DNA of 64,000 nt from Mobula hypostoma. Taxonomy: Eukaryota. Every line of letters starts with the position of its first letter. Within the stretch, counting starts at the first letter, position 1. Of the stretch, positions 25,145-37,659 are shown piece after piece. The notes beneath the pieces are model-generated. The model was not told the origin of the DNA. It worked only from the letters and a program-made list of their open reading frames with translations, and did not search any database. The DNA lies in assembly GCF_963921235.1 (NCBI RefSeq), contig NC_086097.1:254326001-254390000 (forward strand), read 5' to 3'. The position numbers and the translations under genes are program-made.

Positions 25145-26410
25145 ACCCTGTCTCTTGCAAAAACGCCATCCTCTTCTCGCAATTCCTCCGTCTCCGCCGC
25201 ATCTGCTCTCAGGATGAGGCTTTTCATTCTAGGACGAGGGAGATGTCTTCATTTTTTAAAGAAAGGGGCTTCCCTTCCTCCACTATCAACTCTGCTCTTT
25301 AACGCATCTCCCCCATTTCACGTACATCTGCTCTCACTCCATCCTCCCACCACCCCACTAGGAATAGGGTTCCCCTGGTCCTCACCTACCACCCCACCAG
25401 CCTCCGGGTCCAACATATTATTCTCCGTAACTTCCGCCACCTCCAACGGGATCCCACCACTAAGCACATCTTTCCCTCCCCCCCCCTCGGCATTCTGCAG
25501 GGATCGCTCCCTACACAACTCCCTTGTCCATTCGTCCCCCCCATCCCTCCCCACTGATCTCCCTCCTGGCACTTATCCGTGTAAGCGGAACAAGTGCTAC
25601 ACATGCCCTTACACTTCCTCCCTTACCACCATTCAGGGCCCCAAACAGTCCTTCCAGGTGAGGCATCACTTCACCTGTGAGTCGACTGGGGTGATATACT
25701 GCGTCCGGTGCTCCCGATGTGGCCTTTTATATATTGGTGAGACCCGACGCAGACTGGGAGACCGCTTTGCTGAACATCTACGCTCTGTCCGCCAGAGAAA
25801 GCAGGATCTCCCAGTGGCCACACATTTTAATTCCACATCCCATTCCCATTCTGACATGTCTATCCACGGCCTCCTTTACTGTAAAGATGAAGCCACACTC
25901 AGGTTGGAGGAACAACACCTTATATTCCGTCTGGGTAGCCTCCAACCTGATGGCATGAACATCGATTTCTCTAACTTCCGCTAAGGCCCCACCTCCCCCT
26001 CGTACCCCATCCGTTACTCATTTTTATGCATACATTCTTTCTCTCACTCTCCTTTTTCTCCCTCTGTCCCTCTGAATATACCGCTTGCCCATCCTCTGGG
26101 TCACCCCCCACTCCTTGTCTTTCTTCCCGGACCTCCTGTCCCATGATCCTCTCATATCCCCTCTTGCCTATCACCTGTCCAGCTCTCGGCTCTATCCCTC
26201 CCCCTCCTGTCTTCTCCTATCATTTTGCATCTCCCCCTCCCCTTCCAACTTTCAAATCCCTTACTCACTCTTCCTTCAGTTAGTCCTGACGAAGGGTCTC
26301 GGCCTGAAACGTCGACTGCGCCTCTTCCTATAGATGCTGCTTGGCCTGCTGCGTTCACCAGCAACTTTGATGTATGTTGCTTGAATTTCCAGCATCTGCA
26401 GAATTCCTGT
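25145..26410 (+). mobile_element. Penelope-like (Neptune-type) element 3' portion, right arm, with pLTR and tail
   Basis: CKRNKCYTC linker followed by a GIY-YIG endonuclease ending GMNIDFSNFR* (25984), then a pyrimidine-rich 3' region, hammerhead and tail. Confidence 0.92.
26281..26318 (+). ncRNA. Minimal type I hammerhead ribozyme motif
   Basis: TAGTC CTGACGA AGGGTCTCGGCCT GAAA CGTC^GACTG; predicted cleavage after 26313. Confidence 0.78.
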
Positions 26411-27119
26411 TGTCTGTACTATCCTGTCTGGACTCCACTGTCTGTCCTCCCCTGTCAGTACTCCCGCCTGTACTCCCCTGTCTGTACTGTGCTGTCTTTA
26501 TTCCCCCGTCTCTACTGTCCTATCTTCCCGCCCCCGTCTGTACTGTCCTCTCTGTTCTGTCCTGTCCTTACTCCCTTGTCTGTACTCCCCCATCTGTACT
26601 ATCCTGTCTGGACTCCACTGTCTGTCCTCCCCTGTCAGTACTCCCATCTGTACTCCTGTCTGTACTGTCCTGTCTTTACTTGCTTGTCAGTACTCCCATC
26701 TGTACTCCCCTGTCTGTACTGTGCTGTCTTTACTCCCCCATCTCTACTGTCCTATCTTCTCTCCCCTGTCTGTACTGTTCTGTCCTGTCCTTACTCCCCT
26801 GTCTGTACTCCCCCATCTGTACTATCCTGTCTGTACTCCACTGTCTGTCCTCCCCTGTCAGTACTCCCATCTGTACTCCTGTCTGTACTGTCTTCTCTAT
26901 TTTGACCTGTCTGTATTCCCGTCTGTACTCCACTGCCTGTACTCCCCTGTCCTGTCTTTACTGTACTGTCAATGCTCCATTGTCTCGACTATCCTGTCTG
27001 TACTCCCCTGTCTATTCTGTCTTGTCTGTACTCTGCTGACTGGACTGTCCTGTCTATAATCTACTAGACTATCTGTACTCTCCTTGCTATACTGTCATAT
27101 CTGTACTATCCTGGGTATA

Positions 27120-29702
27120 CTAGTTATTTCCGTTATATAAAGAGTAAAAACGAGGTGAGACTTGATATTGGACCACTGGAAAATGATGCTGGTGAGGTAG
27201 TAATGGGGGACAAAGAAATGGCAGATGAACTAAATGGATACTTTGCATCTGTCTTCACTGTGGAAGACACTAGCAGTGTGCCAGAGGTCCTTGAGTATCA
27301 GGGAGTAGAAGTGAAGGCCATTGCTCCTACAAAGGATAAAGTCTGAGGCAAACTCAAAGATCTTAAGGTGGATAAGTCACTTGGACCAGATAGACAACAT
27401 CCCAGAGTCCTGAGAGAGGTTGCGGAAGGGATAACAGATGCATTGGTCATGATCTTTCAAGAATCATTTGATCCTGGAATGGTTCCAGAGGACTGAAAGA
27501 TTGCAATGGTCACTCCACCCTTTAAGAAGGGAGGAAGGCAAAAGGAAGGAAATTATAGGCTATTTAGCCTAACCTCAGTGGTTGGGAAAGTGTTGGAGTC
27601 TATTTTTCAGGGTGAGATTGAGGTACTTGGAGACTAATGATAAAAATAAGTCAAAGTCAGCATGGTTTCTGTAAAGGAAATCTTGCCTGACAAATCTGTT
27701 CGAGTTCTTTGAGGAAGTAACAAGCAGGGTGGACATATGAGAGGCAGTGGATGTCAGTTACTTGGATTTTCAGAAGACATTTGATAAGGTGCCAAACATG
27801 TGGTTGCTTAATAAGATAAAATCCTATGGCGTTACGGGAAAGATACAGGCATGGTTGAGAAATGGCTGAGAGGCAGAAGACAGCAAGTGGGAATAAAAGG
27901 GGCCATTTCTTGTTGGCTGCCAATGACTAGTGGTGTTCCTCGGGTCAGTATTGGGACTGCTACGTTTTACATTGATCGTCAATATTTAGGTAAAGGAATT
28001 GATGGCTTTCTAGCAAAATTTGGGGATGATACGAAGATAGGTAGAGGGGTAGATAGTTCTCAGGAAGCAATGAGATTGCAGCAGGCCTTAGATAAATTGG
28101 AAGAATAGGCAAAAAAAATGGTAGATGGAATACAGTATTGGGAAATGTATGGGAATGCATTTTGGTAAAAGGAACAATAGTGCGGACTATTATCTAGATG
28201 AGGAGAAGGTTCAAATATCAGAGGTGCAGAGAGACTAAGGAGTCCGCGTGCAAGACTCGCAGAAGGTTAACTTGCAGGTTTGGTCTGTGGTAAAGAAGGC
28301 AAATGCAATGTTATCATTTATTTCAAGAGGAATAGAATATAAAAACAAGGAGATAACGCTGAGCCTTTATAATACAAGAGTCAGGCCACACTTGGAGTAT
28401 TGTCAACAGTGTTGGGCCCCATACCTCAGAAAGGATGTGTTATCATTGCAGAGAGTCCAGAGGAGGTTCATGAGGATGATTTCAGGAATGAAGAGGTTAA
28501 CATACGAGGAGTATTTGGTCGCTTTGGGCCTGTACTCACTGGAATTTAGAAGAATATGGGGAGATCTCTTTGAAACATACCAAATGTTGAAAGGACTAGA
28601 TAGGGTGGATGGGGAGAGGATGTTTAGATATTTGGACTAATATTTAGATATGGAGAGTATTCAAAATGCAGAGCTGCAAAGGGACTTAGGAGTCCTTGTG
28701 CAGGATACCCTAAAGGTTAACCTCCAGGTTGAGTCAGTGGTGAAGAAGGCGAATGCAATGTTGGCATTCATTTCTAGAGGTGTAGAGTATAAGAGCAGGG
28801 ATGTGATCTTGAGGCTCTATAAGGCACTAGTGAGACCACACTTGGGGTATTGTGTGCAGTTTTGGTCTCCTTATTTTAGAAAGGATATGGGGTTCAGAGG
28901 AGATTCACTAGAATGATTCTAGGAATGAAACGGTTACCATATGAGGAATGTCTGACAGCTGTTGGGCTGTATTCCCTGCAGTTCAGGAGAATGAGGGGGG
29001 ATCTCATAGAAACATTCTGAACATTAAAGGGCCTGAACAGATTAGATATGGAAAAGTTATTTCCCATTGTAGGGGAGTCTAGGACAAGAGGGCATGACTT
29101 CAGGATTGAAGGACGTCCATTTAGAACAGAGATGCAGAGAAATTACTTTGGTCATAGGATGGTAAATCTGGAATTTGTTGCCACGAGCGGCTGTGGAGGA
29201 CAAGTCATTGGGTGCATTTAAGGCAGAGAAAGATAGGTTCTTGATTAGCCAGGGCATCAAAGGGTATGGGGAGAAGGAAGGGGAGCGGGGATGACTGGAA
29301 GAATTGGATCAGCCATGATTGAATGGTGGAGCAGACTCGATGGGCCGAATGGCCTACGGCTGCTCCTATATCTTATGGTCTTGTGTTTGCTATGGTGGGG
29401 GTATCCAGAATTAGAGGGCACAACTTCAAAATTGAGGGACAACCATAGTTAAGGAGAAATTTTTTGCTGGCAGAGTGTAGTAAATCTGTGGAATGCTCTG
29501 CCACAGGCTGTGGTGGAGGCCAGATTCATGGGTATATTTAAAGCAGAAGTTGATAGTTTCCTGATCGGTCAGGGCATTGAAGGTTATGGTGAGAAGGCTG
29601 GTGTATGAGATTGAGTGGAATCAGGAATCAACCATGATGGAATGGCAGAGCAGACTCAGTGGGCTGAATGGCCTAATTCTCCTACTATGCCTTATGGTCT
29701 TA
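27120..29702 (+). mobile_element. Old CR1 RT and 3' end with a second CR1 3' fragment nested at ~28625-29385
   Basis: ORFs 27155-27346, 27851-28108, 28248-28640 and 28650-28916; two TCTTATGG-type tails (~29380, ~29700). Confidence 0.8.
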
Positions 29703-30102
29703 CTGTCCTGGTGGTTCTCCCCTGTCAGTACCTTTGTGTCAGGGCTCCCTTGTCTCTACTCAGCCATCTGGACTATATGGTCTGTGATATCCTGTCCTGT
29801 CTGTGCTGTCCCATCTGTCCTCCATTGTCTCTACTGTCCTGTCTGTGCTTCATTGGGAAAAGGAGCAATAGTACGGACTATTGTCTAGATGGAGAGAAGG
29901 TTCCTGTCTTTGTCTGTGCTGCTGTGACTGTACTGTCCTGTCAGTACTCCTCTGTCTGTAATCCCATTGTTGCTGTCCTGTCTGTACTCTCCTGTCCTTC
30001 ATGTCCTGTCGATAACCCCATGTCTGTATTTCCTCTCTGTCCTCCCCTGTCTGTGCACCCCTGTCTGTACTCTCATATCTGTACTATCCTGTGTGCATCC
30101 TG
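29703..30102. repeat. Degenerate CTGTACT/CTGTCC minisatellite patch
   Basis: Same core as 23495-27112 but more decayed; contains a CR1-derived ~50-bp piece at ~29852-29902. Confidence 0.7.
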
Positions 30103-30109
30103 GGCTATA

Positions 30110-30577
30110 ACTATGAGTTGGAGAATTATGGGAGAGGAGGTGGCGCACGGGTCTGGGAGCGAAGTTTAAAAGGGGAAAGCTTCACAGGAACTCGGCTATA
30201 ACCGGCGCACCATTCGTGAGTTGGAGAGCTGGGAAGGTTCAAGCATAAAAGGAAGACACTGCATAGTGGAGCGGTCATCAAAGGAGTGATCTGAGCCAGA
30301 GTGGTAGGGCTTTGCCTCATTCGGGCTTCGGCAAGGTAAGTGGGTAAGTAGACTTCGTTTTTTTTTCCTTGCATTTTTTTTGAGGGAAAGAGAGCATGTC
30401 TGTCGGGTTAGTACTTTGCTCTGGGTGTCAGATGTGGGAATTCTGGGAATCTTCCAGTCTCCCAAGTGGCCATAACTGCGCCAGGTGCACCGAGATGCAG
30501 CTCCTGAGAGACCGTGTTGGGGATCTGGGGCTGGGGCTTGATGACCTACAGCTTATTAGGGAAAGTGAGCAGCAGAT
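30110..30577 (+). mobile_element. CR1 5' UTR and ORF1 N-terminus
   Basis: MSVGLVLCSGCQMWE...CARCTEMQLLRDRVGDLGLGLDDL: CxxC...CxxC zinc finger plus leucine zipper, typical of vertebrate CR1 ORF1. Confidence 0.8.
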
Positions 30578-31905
30578 ACATAGAAACATAGAAAACCTAC
30601 AGCACAATACAGGCCCTTCGGCCCACAAAGCTGTGCCGAACATGTCCTTACCTTAGAAATTACTGGGGTTACCCATAGCCCCTATTTTTCTAAGCTCCAT
30701 GTACCTTTCCAGGAGTCTCTTAAAAGACTCTATCGTATCCACTTCCACCACCGTCACCGGCAGCCCATTCCACAAACTCACCACTCTCTGCATAAAAAGC
30801 TTACCCCTGACATCTCCTCTGTACCTACTTCCCAGCACCTTAAACCTGTGCCCTCTCGTGATAGCCATTTCAGCCCTGGGAAAAAGCCTCTGACTATCCA
30901 CATGATCAATGCCTCTCATCATCTTCTACACTTCTGTCAGGTCACCTCTCATCCTCCATCACTCCAAGGAAAAAAGGCAGAGTTCACTTAACCTTTTCTC
31001 ACAAGGCATGCTCCCCAATCCAGGCAACATCCTTGTAAATCTCCTCTGCACCCTTTCTATGGTTTCCACATCCTTCCTGTAGTGAGGTGACCAGAACTGA
31101 GAACAGTACTCCAAGTGGGATCTGACCAGGGTCCTATATAGCTGCAACATTACCTCTCGGCTCCTAAAGTCAGTCCCACAATTGATGAAGGCCAATGCAC
31201 CGTATGCTTTCTTAACCACAGAGTCAACCTGCGCAGCAGCTTTGAGTGTCCAATGGACTCGGACCCCGAGATCCCTCTGATCCTCCACACTGCCAAGAGT
31301 CTTACCTTTAATACTATATTCTGTCATCATATTTGAACTACCAAAATGAACCACCTCACACTTACCTGGGTTGAACTCCATCTGCCACTTCTCAGCCCAG
31401 TTTTGTATCCTATCAATATCCCGCTATAACCTCTGACAGCCCTTCACACTATCCACAACACCCCCAACCTTTGTGTCATCAGCAAATTTACTAACCTATT
31501 TATGAAAATGACGAAGAGTAGGAGTCCCAGAACAGATCCCTGAGGCATACCACTGGTGACCGACCTCCATGCAGAATATGACCCGTCTACAACCACTCTT
31601 TGTGGATCCAGAACTGGCTTGCCCATAGGAGACAAAGCCATGTTCCCTGGGATCCCATGCCTCCTTACTTTCTCAGTAAACCTTGCATGGGGTACCTTAT
31701 GAAAGCCTTGCTGAAATTCATATACACTACATCTACTGCTCTACCTTCATCAATGTGTTTAGTCACATCCTCAAAAAATTCAATCAGGCTCGTAAGGCAA
31801 GACCTGCCCTTGACAAAGCCATGCTGACTATTCCTAATCATATTATGCCTCTCCAAATTTTCATAAATCCTGTCTCTCAGGATCTGTTCCATCAACTTAC
31901 CAACC
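30578..31905 (-). mobile_element. CR1 RT through 3' end (same subfamily as 7966-9720)
   Basis: ORFs 30653-30922, 30959-31381 and 31665-31895; TTCTATGT tail. Confidence 0.85.
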
Positions 31906-34900
31906 CTTGCAGTTTCTTAACTCAACCCACAAGGATTCACGTTCCGATCCTATGTCACACATTTCTACTGATTTGATGCCATTCTTTACCAGCAGAGCCA
32001 GGCCACCCCCTCTGCCTACCTTCCTATCCCTCCGATACAACGTGCTCCCAACTACAACCATCCTTCAGCCACGATTCAGTGATGGCCACAATATCATACC
32101 TGACGATCTGTGATAGTACAACAAGATCATCCATCTTATTTCTTATACTCCACGCATTGAGATATAACACACTGAGTGCTGTATCTGATTTTGTATCCCC
32201 AACGGACTGATACTCACCCTGATGGCTACAATTTTGACCTATCATTTGCCCGCCCTTCTGGACAGTCTGCACGTTATCTTTGTTTTTTTTTAACCATCTG
32301 TCCTAAACTGAATCCCTCCACTCCACTCCACACACCCCTGCCAAATTATTTTAAAATCCTCCCCAACAGCTCTAAGAAACCTGCCCACATGAAGAATGGT
32401 CCCCCTTGGTTTCAGGTGCAACCCTTTTGAACAAGTCATACCTCCCCCAGAAGAGATCCCAACGATCCAAAAACCTGAAACTCTGCATCCTGTACCGGTT
32501 TCTCAGCCACGTATTAATCTGGCAAATCATCCTGTTTCTACCCTCACTGGAGTGTGGCACAGGCTGCAATCCAGAGATTACTACCCTGGAGGTCCTGCTT
32601 TTCAGCTTTCTACCTGGCTCTCTAAGTTCTCTTTTCAGGACCTCTTTGCTTTTCCTTCTTACGTCCCTGATACCAATATGTACCAAGACATGGGCTGCTC
32701 ACCCTCACCCTGCAGTGTTTGTGGACATGATCTGAGATGTCCCTAAACCTGGCACCTGGGAGGCAGTATACCATCCAGGTGTCCCGTTCATGTCCACAGA
32801 ATCTCCAGTCTGTTCCCCTGACTACTGAGTCCCCGATCACTACCGCTCCCCTCTTTTCCCCCATCACTACCACTCCCCTCTTTTCCCCTATCACTACCGC
32901 TCCCCTCTTCTCCCTCGATCACTACCGCTCCCCTCTTCTACCCGTCACTACAACTCCCCTCTTCTCCCCGTCACTACAACTCCCCTCTTCTCCCCCATCA
33001 CCACCGCTCCCCTCTTCTCCCCTATCACTACCGCTCCCCTCTTCTCCCCCATCACTACCGCTCCCCTCTTCTCCCCCATCACTACCGCTCCCCTCTTCTC
33101 CCTCTATCACTAACGCTCCCCTCTTCTCCCCGCCACTACCGCTCCCCTCTTCTCCCCCATCACTACCGCTCCCCTCTTCTCCCCCATCACTAACGCTCCC
33201 CTCTTCTCCCTCTATCACTAACGCTCCCCTCTTCTCCCCATCACTACCACTCCCCTTTTCTCCCCCATCACTACCACTCCCCTCTTCTCCTTCTATCACT
33301 ACCACTCCCCTGTTCTTCCTCTATCACTATCGCTCCCCTCTTCTCCCCATCACTACCGCTCCCCTCTTCTCCCCATCACTACCGCTCCCCTCTTCTACCC
33401 GTCACTACAACTCCCCTCTTCTCCCCCATCACTACCACTCCCCTCTTCTCCTTCTATCACTACCACTCCCCTGTTCTTCCTCTATCACTATCGCTCCCCT
33501 CTTCTCCCCATCACTACCGCTCCCCTCTTCTCCCCATCACTACCGCTCCCCTCTTCTCCCTCTATCACTACCGCTCCCCTCTTCTCCCCCATCACTACCG
33601 CTCCCCTCTTCTCCCCATCACTACCACTCCCCTCTTCTCCCTCGATCACTACCGCTCCCCTCTTCTCCCTCGATCACTACCGCTCCCCTCTTCCCCCTCT
33701 ATTACTACCGCTCCCCTCTTCTCCCTCTATCACTACCACTCCCCTCTTCTCCCCATCACTACGACTCCCCTCCACTCCCTCTTCTCCCCATCACTATCGC
33801 TCCCCACTTCTCCCCCTATCACTTCCGCTCCCCTCTTCTCCCTGTATCACGACCGCTCCCCCTTCTCCCCCGTCACTACCGCTCCCCTCTTCTACCCATC
33901 ACTACAACTCCCCTCTTCTCCCCGTCACTACAACTCCCCTCTTCTCCCCCATCACTACCGCTCCCCTCTTCTCCCCCATCACTACCACTCCCCTCTTCTC
34001 CTTCTATCACTACCACTCCCCTGTTCTTCCTCTATCACTATCGCTCCCATCTTCTCCCCATCACTACCGCTCCCCTCTTCTCCCCCATCAGTACCGCTCC
34101 CCTCTTCTCCCTTGATCACTACCACTCCCCTCTTCTCCCCATCACTATCGCTCCCCACCTCCCCCTATCACTTCCACTCCCCTCTTCTCCCTGTATCACG
34201 ACCGCTCCCCCTTCTCCCCCGTCACTACCGCTCCCCTCTTCTCCCCCGTCACTACCGCTCCCCTCTTCTCCCCCATCACTACCGCTCCCCTCTTCTCCAT
34301 CTATCACGACCGCTCCCCTCTTCTCCCCCATCACTAACGCTCCCCTCTTCTCCCCCATCACTACCGCTGCGCTCTTCTCCCTCTATCACTACCGCTCCCC
34401 TCTTCTCCCTCGATCACTACCGCTCCCCTCTTCTACCCGTCACTACAACTCCCCTCTTCTCCCCGTCACTACAACTCCCCTCTTCTCCCCCATCACTAAC
34501 GCTCCCCTCTTCTCCCTCAATCACTACCGCTCCCCTCTTCTCCCCCATAATTACCGCTCCCCTCTTCTCCCCCGTCACTACAACTCCCCTCTTCTCCCCG
34601 TCACTACAACTCCCCTCTTCTCCCCCATCACTACCACTCCCCTCTTCTCCTTCTATCACTACAACTCCCCTCTTCTCCTTCTATCACTACCACTCCCCTG
34701 TTCTTCCTCTATCACTATCGCTCCCCTCTTCTCCCCATCACTACCGCTCCCCTCTTCTCCCTCTATCACTACCGCTCCCCTCTTCTCCCTCGATCACTAC
34801 CGCTCCCCTCTTCCCCCTCTATCACTACCGCTCCCCTCTTCTCCCCCATCACTACAACTCCCCTCTTCTCCCCGTCACTACAACTCCCCTCTTCTCCCCC

Positions 34901-36726
34901 ATCACTACCACTCCCCTCTTCTCCTTCTATCACTACAACTCCCCTCTTCTCCTTCTATCACTACCACTCCCCTGTTCTTCCTCTATCACTATCGCTCCCC
35001 TCTTCTCCCCATCACTACCGCTCCCCTCTTCTCCCTCTATCACTACCGCTCCCCTCTTCTCCCTCGATCACTACCGCTCCCCTCTTCCCCCTCTATCACT
35101 ACCGCTCCCCTCTTCTCCCCATCACTACAATTCCCCTCTTCTCCCCCATCACTACGACTCCCCTCCTCTCCCTCTATCACTACCACTCCCTCTTCTCCCC
35201 ATCACTATCGCTCCCCACTTCTCCCCATTACTACCGCTCCCCTCTTTCCCCCATCACTACAACTCCCCTCTTCTCCCCCTATCACTTCTGCCCCCCTCTT
35301 CTCCATCTATCACGACCGCTCCCCTCTTCTCCCTCTATCACTACCGCTCCCCTCTTCTCCCCGTCACTACTGCTCCCCTCTTCTCCCTCGATCACTACCG
35401 CTCCCCTCTTCTACCCGTCACTACCACTCCCCTCTTCTCCCCCATCACTACCGCTCCGCTCTTCTACCCGTCACTACAACTCCCCTCTTCTCCCCCATCA
35501 CTACCACTCCCCTCTTCTCCTTCTATCACTACCACTCCCCTCTTCTCCTTCTATCACTACCGCTCCCCTCTTCTCCCCCATCATTACCGCTCCCCTCTTC
35601 TACCCATCACTACCACTCCCCTCTTCTCCTTCTATCACTACCACTCCCCTCTTCTCCCCATTACTACCACTCCCCTTTTCTCCCTCTGTCACTACTGCTC
35701 CCCTCTTCTCCCCCATCATTACCGCTCCCCTCTTCTACCCATCACTACCACTCCCCCTTTCTCACTCGATCACTACCGCTCCCCTCTTCTCCCTCGATCA
35801 CTACCGCTCCCCTCTTCCCCCTCTATCACTACCACTCCCCTCTTCTCCCCCATCACTACAACTGCCCTCCTCTCCCTCTATCACTACCACTCCCTCTTCT
35901 CCCCATCACTATCACTCCCCACTTCTCCCCGTCACTACTGCTCCCCTCTTGTCCCTATCACTACCGCTCCCCTCTTCTCCATCTATCACTACCGCTGCCC
36001 TTTCTCTCCCATCACTATGGCTCCCCTCTTATCCCTCTATCACGACCGCTCCCCTCTTCTCCCCCGTCACTACCGCTCCCCTCTTCTCCTCCATCACTTC
36101 CGCTCCCCTCTTCTCCCCCATCACTACGGCTCTCCTCTTATCCCTCTATCACTACCGTTCCCCTCTTCTCCCTCTATCACTACTGCTCCCCTCTTCTCCC
36201 TCTATCACTAACGCTCCCCTCTTCTCCTCCATCACAACTCCCCTCTTCTCCCCCTATCACTTCCGCTCCCCTCTTCTCCCCCATCACTACATCTCCCCTC
36301 TTCTCCCTCTATCACTACCGCTCCCCTCTTCTCCCCCGGCACTACCGCTCCTCTTTTCTCCCTCTATCACGACCGGTCCCCTCTTCTCACTCCTTCCCTT
36401 CTGCACCTCAGACCCATACTCAGTGCCGGTGAATCGGGTCCGTGGAATTCCCCTGGGATGCCATCCCCCACAACACTATCTAAAACAGTATGCTTATTGC
36501 GGGAATGGCCACAGGGATGCTTTCCACCAACTTCCTTTTCACATTTCCATTTCTCCCGCCAGTCACACAGCTACCTGCCTCCTGCAACTTCAGATTGACT
36601 ACTTCCCTGTTTCTCCGATGATTATCTCCTGACCCTCCCGTACAAGCCGCAGGTCATCAAGCTGTAACTACAGATCCTGTCTTCAAGGAGCTGCAGCTGG
36701 GTGCACTTCACACAGATGTAATCCCA
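31906..36726 (-). mobile_element. Old CR1 ORF1 plus start of EN, with the minisatellite expanded inside ORF1
   Basis: DYICVKCTQLQLLEDRI near 36700; AVVIGDSVVRGTD...CLPGA (32622-32894); VHIG...SRVVISGL (32372-32686); LYLNAWSIRNK...AITESWL (32024-32272). Confidence 0.85.
32831..36388. repeat. ~27-bp minisatellite (CCCCATCACTACCGCTCCCCTCTTCT)n, about 3.55 kb
   Basis: Roughly 130 variant units with extreme C/T strand bias. Confidence 0.97.
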
Positions 36727-37510
36727 TGTCTGTACTGTCCCGTCTGTACTGTTCCCATCTGTACTGTCCTGTCTGTACTCCCCCATCTGTACTGTCCCCG
36801 TCTGTACTGTCCCCGTCTGTACTGTCCTGTCTGTACTCCCCCGTCTGTACTGTCCTGTCTGTACTGTCCCCGTCTGTACTGTCCTGTCTGTACTGTCCCC
36901 GTCTGTACTGTCCCCGTCTGTACTTCCCTGCCTGTACTGTCCCCGTCTGTACTGTCCCTGTCTGTCTGTACTCCCGTCTGTACTGTCCTGCCTGTACTCC
37001 CCCGTCTGTACTCCCCCATCTGTACTGTCCCGTCTGTACTGTCCTGTCTGTACTCCCCCATCTGTACTGTCCCCGTTTGTACTCCCCCATCTGTACTGTC
37101 CCCGTCTGTACTGTCCCCGTCTGTACTCCCCTGTCTGTACTGTCCCCGTCTGTACTTCCCTGCCTGTACTATCCCCATCTGTACTGTCCCCGTCTGTACT
37201 GTCCTGCCTGTACTGTCCCCGTCTGTACTGTCCTGCCTGTACTGTCCCCGTCTGTACTGTCCCTGTCTGTACTCCCGTCTGTACTGTCCCCGTCTGTACT
37301 GTCCTGCCTGTACTGTCCCCGTCTGTACTGTCCTGCCTGTACTGTCCCCGTCTGTACTCCCCTGTCTGTACTGTCCCCGCCTGTACTGTCCTGCCTGTAC
37401 TGTCCTGCCTGTACTGTCCCTGTCTGTACTCCCCTGTCTGTACTGTCCCCGCCTGTACTGTCCTGCCTGTACTGTCCCTGTCTGTACTCCCCTGTCTGTA
37501 CTCCTCTGTC
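36727..37510. repeat. Homogeneous (CTGTACTGTCC[C/T]G[T/C])n minisatellite, unit ~15 bp
   Basis: Visible tandem units with the same CTGTACT core as 23495-27112. Confidence 0.95.
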
Positions 37511-37659
37511 ATTACCTCCCATGTCTATGCTGCCCTCTCTGTGTCCCGCCCAGCTTGTGATGTGCCTGTGAACCAGTACTGGTGTTAACTTCTCATGCTG
37601 AGTGTGGCTTACTGCACTCATTTCACTCAGGGAGTCGGATACATACTGCATTGCAACAT

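Larger units (their letters stand above)
23495..27112. repeat. CTGTACT-core complex minisatellite split by the Penelope palindrome
   Basis: Degenerate CTGTACT(G/C/A)TCC(C) units at 23495-23839 and 26411-27112. Confidence 0.9.

Noticed and set aside
25109..25984. GIY-YIG ORF as a homing endonuclease or host nuclease gene
   Set aside because: The pLTR, hammerhead and tail context identify a truncated Penelope-like element. The ORF's N-terminus starts in the spacer, and the native frame is shifted near the C-run at ~25480.
32737..36432. 1231-aa and 699-aa Pro/Ser/Thr-rich ORFs resembling a mucin or extensin
   Set aside because: They result from a stop-poor C/T-rich minisatellite that is open in several frames and drifts between them, and it sits inside a CR1 ORF1 on the opposite strand.
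32831..37510. CRISPR-like or telomere-like arrays
   Set aside because: Units are contiguous with no unique spacers, there are no cas genes, there is no TTAGGG repeat, and the context is eukaryotic.
36622..37651. Repetitive ORFs (GQYRQDSTDG, LYCP), also at 23495-24112 and 26225-27059
   Set aside because: These are translations of the CTGTACT minisatellite on both strands, with no gene structure.
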